In this document: positions 1-10,570 of the stretch, piece after piece
Numbering within the stretch: position 1 is the first letter of the stretch
Layout: each line of letters begins with the position of its first letter
Assembly: GCA_944388715.1 (NCBI GenBank)
Contig: CALXJV010000002.1
Location: 1-47,061, forward strand
DNA from: an uncultured Clostridia bacterium
Lineage (GTDB): Bacteria; Bacillota; Clostridia; TANB77; CAG-508
Reading direction: 5' to 3'
Length of the DNA: 47,061 bases
Notes under the pieces: model-generated
Seen by the model: the letters and a program-made list of their open reading frames with translations, nothing else
The model's database searches: none
What the model was told of the DNA's origin: nothing
Program-made: the position numbers and the translations under genes

Positions 1-201
1 ATCTTTTTTTATCATTAAGAATGTATTGATGCTATTGTTCTTAAGAATTCATTATTTACAAAAGAATTGTTTTGAAGACATTCAAAAGTAAACGGTCAAC
101 AAAAAGACGTATTGAACTCTAGGAACATTTTTCACATATACAGAATTAACATGTCATCTCTTTGTTTATGTACAATATTACACAAGCAATATTGTATATA
201 A

Positions 202-1899
202 TCAATTTTTCTGTATTTCTTCCACATATAATTTATCATTTATCGCAACTATTGTGTATCTAGCTAATTTTTTTATATCTTTAATGTAACGTGTATCACA
301 ATATTTTTCTAATTGAAGCTTTGCTTCTTTTTGCTCAATTACTAATTTTTTCTCATCTTCTTTTTTTAGATATTTAAATTCTATTATTATAGAATAGTAA
401 CCTTTACCTTTTTCATTTTCTCTTGGAGAGATTATTAAATCGCTATATCCTCTTTCTATTTCCATTTCTGATTTTATATTATATATATCAAAGTTCATTG
501 CTATGCTATAAAATAATAGCTTGATATATTTTTCATCAAATCGTTCATAGTCTCTATTTGATAAATTTTTTAAATATTTTTCTACAGTTTTTACAAAAGT
601 ATCTATTTTTCCTTCTAATGCTATTTCTTGTAATATTTTATCATATTCACTTTCTTCTATTCTCAATTCTGTTTGTTTTTCTATTAATTCCAAAAAGTAT
701 TCTGCGTATATTTCTTTCATCACTTGGTTTGGTACTTTTAATTCTACTTTTCCTAATTTTTCTCCAACAATCGTTAAATAACCCAAGTAATATAACATAG
801 ATAATAATTCTCTTTCTCCAAATCTTATTTCTGGATTAAATTTTTGTGTTATTTTTGTTGATAATTTTTCTTCCAAGATAGTTTTCTCTATTATATCTAA
901 CCTATTTTCATTTTCACATAAACTAAGAATACTTCCTATTTTATTGTAGTCACTTGCTATATTTACATCAATTAGTTTTTCTGGTATTCTTCCTAATTCT
1001 ATATAACTGTTTAAAAAGTATAAACACATATTTGAATTATATATTTTTTCCTTTCCATATAAAGAAAATTTATATCCGTCATAATTTTTCTCCATTATTG
1101 GTAATATTTTTTCTTGCATTTCTTTATTTATATTTTGTTCTTTCACTATTTCTTTTACTTCTGTTTCTGTAAAGCCAAGCATTTCATTAAATCTTTCATC
1201 TTGAGATTTGTCTGAACTGATATTAAATCCTGATGTCATACTATCTAATGTTATAGGAGCAACTCCTGTTATGAATATTCTATCTACTACATTTTCTGTT
1301 CCTTTTTTAAGTATTTCATACCATTTTCTCACTTGTCCATTTTTTGAAACTAAACTTTTAAATTGGTTTGTTCTAAATCCTAATAGCTCATTTGCAAAAT
1401 GGTCATATTCATCTATTATTACATATATTTTTTCATTTTGTTTTTGTATAAAAAATGCTTTAAATAAATTATCTAATATATCTTCTGGTTCACTTTCTTC
1501 ATTTATATAAAAATCTAAATCATATTTTTCAATAAAAACTTTTATAGAAGATGTAATTTCTCTTTTAAAACTTGCCATTGTTGTTGTTTCATTTTTCGTA
1601 TTTATCCCTGAAAAATTAAATCTTAATATATGATAACTATTTCTTTGCTTAGTTGGATTTCTTCCTATATATGTTTTTCCAAATAATCTCTGAAATTTTT
1701 CTTCTTTTTTTATGTCATAATAATTTTCTAAAACACTTGTAAATAATGTTTTCCCAAATTTTCTTGGTCGTAAGAACATAATATATGGTTCTGACAAATT
1801 TTCTAATTTTTCTATATACATTGTTTTATCTATATAATAATAATTATTTTCTATTAATCTTTCATAATCACTTATCCCATATGGTAATTTTTTCATCAT
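202..1899 (-). CDS. AAA-ATPase domain protein with C-terminal PD-(D/E)XK nuclease-like domain
   Basis: 565-aa ORF. The N-terminal blocks MKKLPYGISDYERLIENNYYYIDKT, FLRPRKFGKT and IIDEYD match my memory of the 'predicted AAA-ATPase' family. The C-terminal ERGYSDLII...IIIEFKY block resembles the PD-(D/E)XK tail usually fused to that family. Confidence 0.7.
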   Translation of the reverse strand: MMKKLPYGISDYERLIENNYYYIDKTMYIEKLENLSEPYIMFLRPRKFGKTLFTSVLENYYDIKKEEKFQRLFGKTYIGRNPTKQRNSYHILRFNFSGINTKNETTTMASFKREITSSIKVFIEKYDLDFYINEESEPEDILDNLFKAFFIQKQNEKIYVIIDEYDHFANELLGFRTNQFKSLVSKNGQVRKWYEILKKGTENVVDRIFITGVAPITLDSMTSGFNISSDKSQDERFNEMLGFTETEVKEIVKEQNINKEMQEKILPIMEKNYDGYKFSLYGKEKIYNSNMCLYFLNSYIELGRIPEKLIDVNIASDYNKIGSILSLCENENRLDIIEKTILEEKLSTKITQKFNPEIRFGERELLSMLYYLGYLTIVGEKLGKVELKVPNQVMKEIYAEYFLELIEKQTELRIEESEYDKILQEIALEGKIDTFVKTVEKYLKNLSNRDYERFDEKYIKLLFYSIAMNFDIYNIKSEMEIERGYSDLIISPRENEKGKGYYSIIIEFKYLKKEDEKKLVIEQKEAKLQLEKYCDTRYIKDIKKLARYTIVAINDKLYVEEIQKN

Positions 1900-1949
1900 C
1901 TACCACTTCCTATCTCTTTTTATCTTTCTTTTACATTTTACTATATGCA

Positions 1950-1980
1950 AATAAAAATAGCAAGAAAATTCTTGCTATTT
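1950..1980 (-). terminator. Rho-independent terminator after the GH15 gene
   Basis: Stem AAATAGCAAGAA/TTCTTGCTATTT, followed on the minus strand by TTTTTATTT. Confidence 0.7.
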
Positions 1981-2021
1981 ATATTACTATTTGCTTTATT
2001 ATTTTTACTATTTTCTACTGT

Positions 2022-3986
2022 TTAATATTTATTTTTATACAACCTCTCTAACACAATTATAAACATTGCATGACTCCAACCTAAACCTATTACCCAGTTT
2101 GGTTTTAAAGTATTATTATCAATCTGCTCACCCAAGAAATAATGTTTTCCTGCTGTTTTTACTACAAAGTCAAAAGTTTCTTTTGCTTTTGTCTTTTCAC
2201 CTGCAGTAAGGTAATATAAAGTCATCCACAAATTTGCGATTGGCCATGGATTTCCATTCATATAATGGTCTTGTTCAAATCTTTGATAACCTCCAGTATA
2301 AGTTCTAAGACTCAAATTTATTTTTTCTACAGTATTCAATACTTTTCTTTCTTTAGGTTTAAACACATTAAATGGTTCTATTGCTCCCAATATACTTATA
2401 TCCATTTTTTTATCTTCTGTATTTCTAAAATAAGAATTAGTTTCTTTGTCATATAATTTTTCATCTATAAATTTCTTAATTTCTAATTGAAGGTATTTAA
2501 GTTCTTTTTCTGTTTTTGATACTTTTTCTTCTTTTAATCTATTATTATCAAAATCAGATATATTTTTATCTAATATTTTATACATTTTCATTATACATTC
2601 AAAAGCTGAATATATACTTGCTAATGAATAAAGATGGATTCCTTCATGCATTTCCCAAATATCATAGCTTACATGTATTTTTTCTTTATTAGCATAACTA
2701 CTTTTTTCTATTTCTTCTTTTACTATATCTTCTTTTTGATCTTTTATTTCTAGCCATTGTTTCACATATTTTTTCAAAAAGTCTACTGCTTTTTCACACA
2801 TCTTTAAATTGTCTTTTAAGAATTTATCTGATTTTGTATATTTGTAATGTTCATAAACTCCATATACTACACTTGCTGTTTCATCTATTTGATATCCCCA
2901 ACAAGGAGCTAATTTTCCGTCTGTGAAAAATCTTTGTTCCCACATTCCGTTTTTACTTTGTGTTTTTTTACAAAATACTTTATAAAATTTCTCTGTTTCT
3001 TTTTGCATGTTTAAAATATCCATTGCTCTTGTAATAAATACTGCATCTCTTGGCCAGCAATAAGCATATCTTCCACATTTGGTAAAATATTCGTCTATTT
3101 CTGGTGAAGCTATGATTCCTCCTGTTTCTTGATTTGTTAATAATGGTAATAATAAGATTGTTCTTTTATAAATTTCATATATTTTTTCTTCATAACTATT
3201 TTCTGATTCTTTCAAGTTTAAGCCATTATGTGTTTTTACATATTTTCTCCAATATGCTCTTGTGGCTGTACATTCTTTATTTAAATCTTTTCTTCTTATT
3301 CTATCTATTTCATCTTCTATTTCTGATACGTTTTTATTTTCGTCAACTAAAATACATATTTCAATTGTTTTCTTTTCATTTGGATGTATTGTTCCTATAT
3401 TATAGCTTATACTTGAATCATTTGACATTCCGATGTAATCTTTATCATGTATTTCTGTTCTTTTTATTGTTTCTTTACTTCCATTTATTTGATGTTTATC
3501 TATTTTGTATTCTTTTGCAAATGTTGATACAACAAAATCATGCGAATATTGAAACATTCCATTATCTATTACTTTACAACTTACATGGTTATTTTCACTT
3601 GATAATAGCTCTGAATGTATATAAAATCCTATATCTAAATCGATTTTACTTTCATTTATAAATGTATATCTTTTTAATAATACATTATCTTCTTTTATTA
3701 ATGCACAATCAGTTTGCAACATTGTCAAATTAAAATATGTGTTGGTAATCTCTGTGTTTAGGACATTTGTATCTGTGTCATAATATTGTTTATATACATT
3801 GTTTATATCATCATGTAAATATATTAAATCAGAATTATTTACTTTTACTCCTGTATGGAAAAAATTTATATATTGCCTATTTTCTCTTGAAGGAAAATAT
3901 AATCTTTGTAATTCTCCTTTTGAAGTAAATGTTACTAACATTTTTTTATTTCCAATAATAGCTTCATTTAAATACTTATTTTCCAT
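2022..3986 (-). CDS. Glycoside hydrolase family 15 (glucoamylase/glucodextranase-like)
   Basis: 654-aa ORF with GH15-type blocks CWPRDAVF, GYQIDETASVVYG and DIWEMHEGIHLYSLAS. Confidence 0.8.
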   Translation of the reverse strand: MENKYLNEAIIGNKKMLVTFTSKGELQRLYFPSRENRQYINFFHTGVKVNNSDLIYLHDDINNVYKQYYDTDTNVLNTEITNTYFNLTMLQTDCALIKEDNVLLKRYTFINESKIDLDIGFYIHSELLSSENNHVSCKVIDNGMFQYSHDFVVSTFAKEYKIDKHQINGSKETIKRTEIHDKDYIGMSNDSSISYNIGTIHPNEKKTIEICILVDENKNVSEIEDEIDRIRRKDLNKECTATRAYWRKYVKTHNGLNLKESENSYEEKIYEIYKRTILLLPLLTNQETGGIIASPEIDEYFTKCGRYAYCWPRDAVFITRAMDILNMQKETEKFYKVFCKKTQSKNGMWEQRFFTDGKLAPCWGYQIDETASVVYGVYEHYKYTKSDKFLKDNLKMCEKAVDFLKKYVKQWLEIKDQKEDIVKEEIEKSSYANKEKIHVSYDIWEMHEGIHLYSLASIYSAFECIMKMYKILDKNISDFDNNRLKEEKVSKTEKELKYLQLEIKKFIDEKLYDKETNSYFRNTEDKKMDISILGAIEPFNVFKPKERKVLNTVEKINLSLRTYTGGYQRFEQDHYMNGNPWPIANLWMTLYYLTAGEKTKAKETFDFVVKTAGKHYFLGEQIDNNTLKPNWVIGLGWSHAMFIIVLERLYKNKY

Positions 3987-4126
3987 TTTATTTTCTCCTT
4001 TTATTAGTTATTTATAACTTAGCTTTCAAAAATACAAATTCATAAGGCATGGAAGCATATATGTATACACTATCGTATCTTAAATAGAATTTGACATAGC
4101 CCAAATTGTAATTATCTTTTTAAATA

Positions 4127-5770
4127 TTATCCTTCAATCACATTCAAAATCTGTTTTTCTAAGTCTTTTATCTTTTCATTAATTCTGAATATGTCTTCAT
4201 CTCTCAAATTTTCATCTTGTAAATCTTGATTTACATAGACTTCCATATCTTTTAACTCGTCTTTTAGTTTTCCTAATCTTTGTAATACTTCTGACTTAAT
4301 AGTTTTATTTACTTTTCTTTGTATCTTATTAGTCATTACTATTTCATCATTAAACTCGTAAGTTTCTCCAAATTCTGGTATTGTAACCCCTATACCTGTT
4401 TCTGTTATAATCTTATCAGCTAATACATCTTGAGATTCTGGTTCTCCATGTACTAAAAAGATATGTTTTGGTTTCTTTATATAAGAATATATACAATTCA
4501 TTAATAATTCTTGGTCAGCATGTCCTGAATATCCTTCTATATATTCTATTCTTGCATTTACTGCAATTTCTTCTCCAAATATTTTTACTGTTTTTGCTCC
4601 ATTTACTATACTATATCCTAATGTTCCTGGTGCTTGATAACCAACAAAAAGTATTGTACTTTTAGGATTCCACAAATTATGTTTCAAATGATGTTTTATT
4701 CTTCCTACTTCACACATACCACTTGCTGATATTATTATACTTGGTGTTTGGTCTTCATTTAGTTCTTTTGATTCTTCTGCTGTTCTTGTAAATTTTAATC
4801 CTGGAAATTCTAGTGGGTTATCTCCTCTCATTATTTCTTCTTTTGTTTCTTCATCAAATAGTTCTGTATTTTCTCTAAATACTTCTGTTGCAGATATTGC
4901 AAGAGGACTGTCAACAAACACTGGGACTTTCATTAATCTTTTATATTTTCTTCTAAATTCATCGTCATCATGTTCATCTTTTAAATTATTAATTTCATAT
5001 AATATTTCTTGTGTTCTTCCAACTGCAAATGATGGAATTACAACTGTTCCTCCATTGTCTAATGTTTCTGAAACTACATCTAAAAAGATTTGTGCTTTTT
5101 CATCATTTCTCATATGTAATCTGCTTCCATATGTTGATTCCATAACAAGAAAATCTGTATCTTCTATCATCGTTGGAGGACTTAGAAGTGGTATATCATT
5201 ATTTCCAATATCTCCAGTAAATACTGTCTTGGTTTCTTTATCTCCTTCTTTTACCCACATCTCTATTATGCTTGAACCTAACATATGTCCTGCGTCATTA
5301 AATCTCACATGTATTTCTGGTGTTATTTCTATAATTTGATCATATTGGACAGGTTCAAATATTTCCAAACATCTTAGTGCATCTTCTGCTGTGTATATTG
5401 GATCTATTGGTTCTTCACCTTTTCTTTTTCTTTTTTTATTTTTCCATTCTGCTTCTGTTTCTTGTATATGTCCACTATCAGGTAACATCAATGCACATAA
5501 ATCACATGTTGCTTTATGGGCATATATTTTATTTCTAAATCCTTCATTATATAATTTAGGTATTCTTCCTGAATGGTCTATATGTGCATGTGTTAAAAGC
5601 ATAAAGTCTATTTCTGTTGGATTAAACTCAAATTCTTGACTATTTTCCATTTCTTGTTCAGCTTTTCCTTGCCACATACCACAATCAACCAAAAATTTTT
5701 TACCAGCACCTTCAACTAAAAAATTTGACCCTGTTACTGTTCTAGTTGCTCCTAAAAATGTAACTTTCAT
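4127..5770 (-). CDS. MBL-fold beta-CASP hydrolase (RNA-metabolising metallo-beta-lactamase family)
   Basis: 547-aa ORF with HAHIDHSG (HxHxDH), ESTYG and SGHADQ motifs. It has a C-terminal coiled-coil tail of about 90 aa. Confidence 0.8.
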   Translation of the reverse strand: MKVTFLGATRTVTGSNFLVEGAGKKFLVDCGMWQGKAEQEMENSQEFEFNPTEIDFMLLTHAHIDHSGRIPKLYNEGFRNKIYAHKATCDLCALMLPDSGHIQETEAEWKNKKRKRKGEEPIDPIYTAEDALRCLEIFEPVQYDQIIEITPEIHVRFNDAGHMLGSSIIEMWVKEGDKETKTVFTGDIGNNDIPLLSPPTMIEDTDFLVMESTYGSRLHMRNDEKAQIFLDVVSETLDNGGTVVIPSFAVGRTQEILYEINNLKDEHDDDEFRRKYKRLMKVPVFVDSPLAISATEVFRENTELFDEETKEEIMRGDNPLEFPGLKFTRTAEESKELNEDQTPSIIISASGMCEVGRIKHHLKHNLWNPKSTILFVGYQAPGTLGYSIVNGAKTVKIFGEEIAVNARIEYIEGYSGHADQELLMNCIYSYIKKPKHIFLVHGEPESQDVLADKIITETGIGVTIPEFGETYEFNDEIVMTNKIQRKVNKTIKSEVLQRLGKLKDELKDMEVYVNQDLQDENLRDEDIFRINEKIKDLEKQILNVIEG

Positions 5771-5827
5771 AAGATTCCTCCTTGTACTAAAAATTTATAG
5801 AATATTAATCTATCAACATTCTACCTA

Positions 5828-6268
5828 GCAATTTTGAAATTGTGAATGTTAACATTATTATTTACATCCTCAAATTTATTTTATAGAATGTATATATATT
5901 AATATTGAATGAATTTCGAATGTGATTGGAGAATGATTAGAAAATCTTAAATAATTTTTAGAACAAAAGCGACATGATTTATTCACTTTATCATTTTAGC
6001 TAACTAATATGTCGCGTTTTTGTTCGTGTGCCAATTTTACGTAAGTAAAATTGTGTACAACTAATTTTAATATATTAGAAAGTTTTTGTAACTTTCTAAT
6101 ATATTGTAAATGTTCGCGCCGAGCATAGCGAGGGCTAAGTGAAAGGGTGCCATAAAATTATTTTAGATTTTCTTATCTTTCGTATTGAGCCGAGAAATTC
6201 ATGAAATATTAATATATATACATTGTTATAAAGCATTTAAATTATAAATTGCACATATTAACCCTTAT
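5828..6268. repeat. Long imperfect foldback element E1 (core arms 5881-5960 / 6153-6231)
   Basis: Arms of about 80 nt pair at roughly three quarters of positions when aligned by eye. They enclose three internal hairpins: 5961-6025; 6032-6053; and 6069-6105 with a perfect 16-bp stem. A GC-rich block lies at 6113-6151. The element fills the whole intergenic region. Confidence 0.7.
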
Positions 6269-7852
6269 TTAAGTAAAAATTTTTATCTTTTTATTAAACT
6301 TTATTTCTAAATCCTTTTTATTTATATTTCCCATTTCTTTTATTTCTATTTTTTCTTCAAAAACATCATCATCAAAAAATTGAATATAATATTTATCTTT
6401 TTCCTTTATCAGTTTTATATAGATTTCTTCTAATGAAATTGCTCTTATATTAAAGATGTTTTTTAATATTTCATCATCTATTTCTTCTTTTTTAGATATT
6501 GGAATTATCACTTTTAATTCCTGTGCTTTTTTTATTAATATCTCTCTGGTTTCTTTTAATTCTTTGTCTAATTCCTCAACTTCATTTATATTTTTTTCTT
6601 CACTAAAAGGAAGTAAGCAGTAATATCTAAATTCATAAATATAATCTAATATTTCAGATTTATTTTCAATTTTACTAATGATTGTTTTATAACATTTTAA
6701 AAAGATTTTTTGTAATTTAATTGTCATTTTATTTATTTCTTTTTCTAAGTCTTTTATATCTAATAATTTTAAATATTCATATTTTTCTTCTAATTCCTTT
6801 TTGTATTGTACAAATTTTTTAGGATTCATTAATTGATTAAGTCTTTCTATTTCTTCTATTTTTTCTGCTCTTTCATCAGCCATTAATTTAGATAATATTC
6901 TTGCACTAAATATTTTTTTCTGCAATGGTAATTTTTCATTTCTTTTTATATATTCTTTTTGAAGCATTTCTTTATTATTTACAGTTTCATCTATGATTTT
7001 TATTTCTTCTGTTAGTTCTCTTTTTTGATCTGTTATCATTTGTATAAATTGTTGTCTATTATCAATCTTATCTAATTTTTCTTCAATTTCTTTCTTTTGT
7101 TTTTCATATTCTTCTCTTTCTTTTGGATTATATTTTAATTCTAAAAGCATTGATAATTTTTTCATTATTGTTATAAAATCTTTTTGATTTTTTGCTCCAT
7201 ATTTTTCTTCAAATCTAATTTTAAACATTTCCATATAATCTATTATAAATTCTTTATTGTCTATCCATTTTTCTAAAAAGTCATATCCTAATAACATTCT
7301 TAAATTTTGATATAACAGATTATAATTAACACTTTCTATTTCATTTCTAATTGTTGTCCAAGAATATCCATTAAAGTCTCTTAATGGTTCGACTGTATCA
7401 ATATTATTTCCAAAATTAATAGCATTTGATAAAGTCTTGTCGATTATTTGATAATCATCTTTTATGATTTTGTCGTTTTTACTTATTTTTGCTATACAAT
7501 ATAATAATTTTCTTTCTATTGGATAACATATAATTCTTTTTATATCTTTCTCTACTAAAAATGTTCTGTCTCCTAAGATTTCATTTGCTTCTGAATTCAT
7601 TCTACATATTTTAATATTTTCACAATTTTCTTTTATCATTGTAATAAATCTTGTGATATATTCTTCCTTTGTTTCTACATGTCTTTTTACTTTCTCATAA
7701 TCTTTATATGAACTTTCTATTTTGTATAATATATTAAGGAGAAGATTTTTCGCATTTTCATCAAAGGTTTTCTTTTCTAATATACTTTCAAGTTCATTCT
7801 TATAATCTCTCTTTACTATTTTATTTAATAGCTTTTCTTTTTTCTTTTGCAT
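6269..7852 (-). CDS. Uncharacterised K/E-rich, coiled-coil-rich protein
   Basis: 527-aa uninterrupted ORF. I recognise no motif. The RBS-like sequence AAGGAGAGGAAA precedes the ATG. Confidence 0.6.
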   Translation of the reverse strand: MQKKKEKLLNKIVKRDYKNELESILEKKTFDENAKNLLLNILYKIESSYKDYEKVKRHVETKEEYITRFITMIKENCENIKICRMNSEANEILGDRTFLVEKDIKRIICYPIERKLLYCIAKISKNDKIIKDDYQIIDKTLSNAINFGNNIDTVEPLRDFNGYSWTTIRNEIESVNYNLLYQNLRMLLGYDFLEKWIDNKEFIIDYMEMFKIRFEEKYGAKNQKDFITIMKKLSMLLELKYNPKEREEYEKQKKEIEEKLDKIDNRQQFIQMITDQKRELTEEIKIIDETVNNKEMLQKEYIKRNEKLPLQKKIFSARILSKLMADERAEKIEEIERLNQLMNPKKFVQYKKELEEKYEYLKLLDIKDLEKEINKMTIKLQKIFLKCYKTIISKIENKSEILDYIYEFRYYCLLPFSEEKNINEVEELDKELKETREILIKKAQELKVIIPISKKEEIDDEILKNIFNIRAISLEEIYIKLIKEKDKYYIQFFDDDVFEEKIEIKEMGNINKKDLEIKFNKKIKIFT

Positions 7853-7872
7853 TTTCCTCTCCTTTCTTTTAG

Positions 7873-7930
7873 AGTCTTAGTGGATAGACCTTTAAATTCC
7901 TGTTTTTAGAAACTTTGAAACAAATCCCTA
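7873..7930. repeat. Degenerate copy of the TAATCCCT/GTCCC repeat (family B)
   Basis: TAAATTCCTGTTTTTAGAAA...AAATCCCTA aligns with CTAATCCCTGTTTTTAGGAA...TAATCCCTA of the copy at 42260-42318. Confidence 0.35.
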
Positions 7931-8075
7931 ATTCATTGTATTTTCAAATTATTTTCTTCTAACGGCAAGATTTTTTCAAAATAGTAATATTTCCTTCTTT
8001 TTTCATTATATCTCTCCGTATATTTTGATATTTGAATTCATGGCTAAAAAGAATTTTGCAATTCTTAAGGCGTTA

Positions 8076-8134
8076 CAAGGTCCGTCCCCTGTTCCCTGAT
8101 TTTAGGGATTTTTAGGACCGTCCCTAAATCCCTA
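8076..8134. repeat. Family B intergenic repeat, copy B1
   Basis: CAAGGTCCGTCCCCTGTTCCCTGATTTTAGGGATTTTTAGGACCGTCCCTAAATCCCTA. Its last three bases are the complement of the ftsK TAG stop codon. Confidence 0.8.
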
Positions 8135-10570
8135 TTCTGTTGTAGTACTACTTCCCATTTTAAGTTCATTTAATTTGTCTAAAGTCATTAGTACTTCTCT
8201 AGGTTTACTTCCTTGATATCCTGATATTACTCCTCTTTCTTCCATTTGGTCTATAATTCTACCAGCTCTTGCATATCCAACTTTAAATCTTCTTTGTATA
8301 AATGATGTTGATGCTTGTCCAGTTTCTACTACTGTTTGAATTGCGTCCATTAAAAATGGATCTGTTTCATCATCTTCTGATTGTTCTTGTGCTAATTCTT
8401 TATCTGTTTTATTACTATTTTCTATACTTTCCAATATGTCTTCACTATATGTAGCTGTTCCATTAGATTTTACAAAGTCTACTATTTTTTCTACTTCTTC
8501 ATCAGATACAAATGCTCCTTGTACTCTTGAAGGTTTTGGTGCTCCAGAAGGGAAAAATAACATATCTCCTTTTCCTAAAAGTTTTTCTGCTCCTACTGTA
8601 TCTAATATTGTTCTTGAGTCTACTTGTGATGATACTGCAAAAGCAATTCTAGATGGAATATTTGCTTTTATTAATCCTGTGATTACATCAACAGATGGTC
8701 TTTGTGTTGCAATTACTAGATGCATTCCTGCTGCTCTTGCTTTTTGTGCTAATCTACATATTGCTTCTTCAACATCTTTTGCTGCTACCATCATTAAGTC
8801 TGCTAACTCATCAACTATGATTACTATTTGAGGAAGTTTTCCTACTCCTTCTTCTTTTTCTATTAATTTATTATATCCTTTTAAGTCTCTTACCCCTTTT
8901 GTTGCAAATTTATTATATCTGTCATCCATTTCTTGAACAGCCCAAGCCAATGCTCCTGCTGCTTTTTTAGGGTCTGTTACAACTGGTATTAATAGATGTG
9001 GTATTCCATTATATACAGATAATTCAACTACTTTTGGATCTACCATTACCAATTTTACTTCACTTGGTTTGGCATTATATATTATACTTGTTATTATTGT
9101 ATTTATACATACACTTTTTCCAGATCCTGTGCTACCTGCTATTAATACATGTGGCATTTTTGCAATATCTGCAAGTTGTGGGTTACCTGCTACATCTTTT
9201 CCTAATGCTATTGTTAGTTTTGATTTATTGTTTTGGAATTCTTCACTTTCTAGTACTTCTCTTAAGTGTACTGTTTCTTTTTCTTTATTAGGAACTTCAA
9301 TTCCAACTGCTTGTTTTCCTGGTATTGGTGCTTCTATTCTTATTGTTTCTGCTGCTAGATTTAGAGCTATATCATCTGCTAAATTAGCAATTTTACTAAC
9401 TCTTACACCTTCTGCTGGTTTTAATTCATATCTTGTAATTGCTGGTCCCACTGAAACATTTTCTACTTTTGCTGATACTCCAAAACTGTATAGGGTTTTT
9501 TGTAATTTAGTAGCTGTGTCTGTTAATGCTTTTGCCCCTCCTTTTAGTGGTTTTGCTTTAGCTTTACTTAATAATTCTACTGGTGGGTATTCATAATGTT
9601 CATCTTCAACTACCATTGCATGTTCTAGTTGAAGAACTTCTCTTTTCTTTTCTTCTTTCTTTTCTTCTTCTTGTTTAAATAAATTGTTTTCTATAACATC
9701 TGGTTCCATTTGTTTTTTACTATCTCTTGTTAATGGTTCTAAATCATCTTTTGAATGATCATATTTCTTTAATTTTTTTGGATTTTCTTGTTCATCTAGT
9801 ATTCTTCCTCCAAAATTAATCTTTATTTGGTTTTCCATTTGTTCTTTTTCTTCTTTTGCTTTTGCTATCTTCTCTGCTTTTATTCTTGCTCTTTCTTCCA
9901 TTCTTTCTTCACGTTCTCTTTTTCTTCTCTCTTGAGCTGTTTCTTTTATATTTTCTTTTTTTCTTTCTTCTCTTTCTTCTAGTCTTTCCTCTTTTCTCTC
10001 TTCAAATCTTTCTACAAATCTATTTATTAAATCTGTCATACTTATTCCAAATGTGAAAACTAAAAATACAACCGCTATTCCTATACAAAGTATTACTGCT
10101 CCGACATCTCCTAATAATTTTGCTAATGGAACTGCTGCTACTGCACCTATTGCTCCTCCTCCTTTACTTTGTGAGCCTAAATAGTATGCATCTTTTACTA
10201 CTTCTGATAGTTCTTTTCCTGATTGTAATTCTCCACTAGAAATCTGGAATACACTAAACAAGACAGATAAACTGACAATAAATATTACATATTGTATAAG
10301 TTTAGATGTCAATGTGTCTCTTTCATCTGTTGCAAGTTTTATTCCTATTGCAAAACCTCCTATTGGAAGTATATATTGCATTATCCCAAACATTCCTCCT
10401 AATATCTCATTTAATTTTGCACCAATTACTCCAGATTTAGTATATATTAAAACACCTAATAATAAACTTAGCATAATTATAACTACAATAGCTAAATCTA
10501 ATTTACTTGCTGTTTTTTTGCTTTTTTTGTATCTTCTTTTTTTTGCCATTTCTATCATCCCTTCTGCCAC
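8132..10570 (-). CDS. ftsK: DNA translocase FtsK/SpoIIIE
   Basis: N-terminal transmembrane (TM) segments, a K/E-rich linker, Walker A GSTGSGKS, and a C-terminal winged-helix gamma domain ([22 protein letters not shown]). The true start may be the ATG at 10549 (MAKKRRY). Confidence 0.9.
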   Translation of the reverse strand: MAEGMIEMAKKRRYKKSKKTASKLDLAIVVIIMLSLLLGVLIYTKSGVIGAKLNEILGGMFGIMQYILPIGGFAIGIKLATDERDTLTSKLIQYVIFIVSLSVLFSVFQISSGELQSGKELSEVVKDAYYLGSQSKGGGAIGAVAAVPLAKLLGDVGAVILCIGIAVVFLVFTFGISMTDLINRFVERFEERKEERLEEREERKKENIKETAQERRKREREERMEERARIKAEKIAKAKEEKEQMENQIKINFGGRILDEQENPKKLKKYDHSKDDLEPLTRDSKKQMEPDVIENNLFKQEEEKKEEKKREVLQLEHAMVVEDEHYEYPPVELLSKAKAKPLKGGAKALTDTATKLQKTLYSFGVSAKVENVSVGPAITRYELKPAEGVRVSKIANLADDIALNLAAETIRIEAPIPGKQAVGIEVPNKEKETVHLREVLESEEFQNNKSKLTIALGKDVAGNPQLADIAKMPHVLIAGSTGSGKSVCINTIITSIIYNAKPSEVKLVMVDPKVVELSVYNGIPHLLIPVVTDPKKAAGALAWAVQEMDDRYNKFATKGVRDLKGYNKLIEKEEGVGKLPQIVIIVDELADLMMVAAKDVEEAICRLAQKARAAGMHLVIATQRPSVDVITGLIKANIPSRIAFAVSSQVDSRTILDTVGAEKLLGKGDMLFFPSGAPKPSRVQGAFVSDEEVEKIVDFVKSNGTATYSEDILESIENSNKTDKELAQEQSEDDETDPFLMDAIQTVVETGQASTSFIQRRFKVGYARAGRIIDQMEERGVISGYQGSKPREVLMTLDKLNELKMGSSTTTE

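Noticed and set aside
1-201. Possible gene fragment or terminator at the left edge (TACAATATT/AATATTGTA hairpin near 172-200).
   Set aside because: Stop codons occur in all frames. The hairpin is AT-only with no T-run. The evidence is insufficient.
3134-3661. Plus-strand ORFs antisense to minus-strand genes, for example 558-800, 3134-3661, 9069-9596, 16350-16925, 35587-36108 and 26824-27162.
   Set aside because: Their products are L/F/I/S/Y-rich and low in complexity. That is what reading AT-rich genes on the opposite strand produces. They have no RBS and each is fully nested in a well-supported gene.
5881-6231. E1 and E3 as invertible promoter switches (invertons).
   Set aside because: The arms are long (80-120 nt), imperfect and almost contiguous, rather than short perfect inverted repeats flanking a promoter-sized segment. 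No recombinase gene is nearby.
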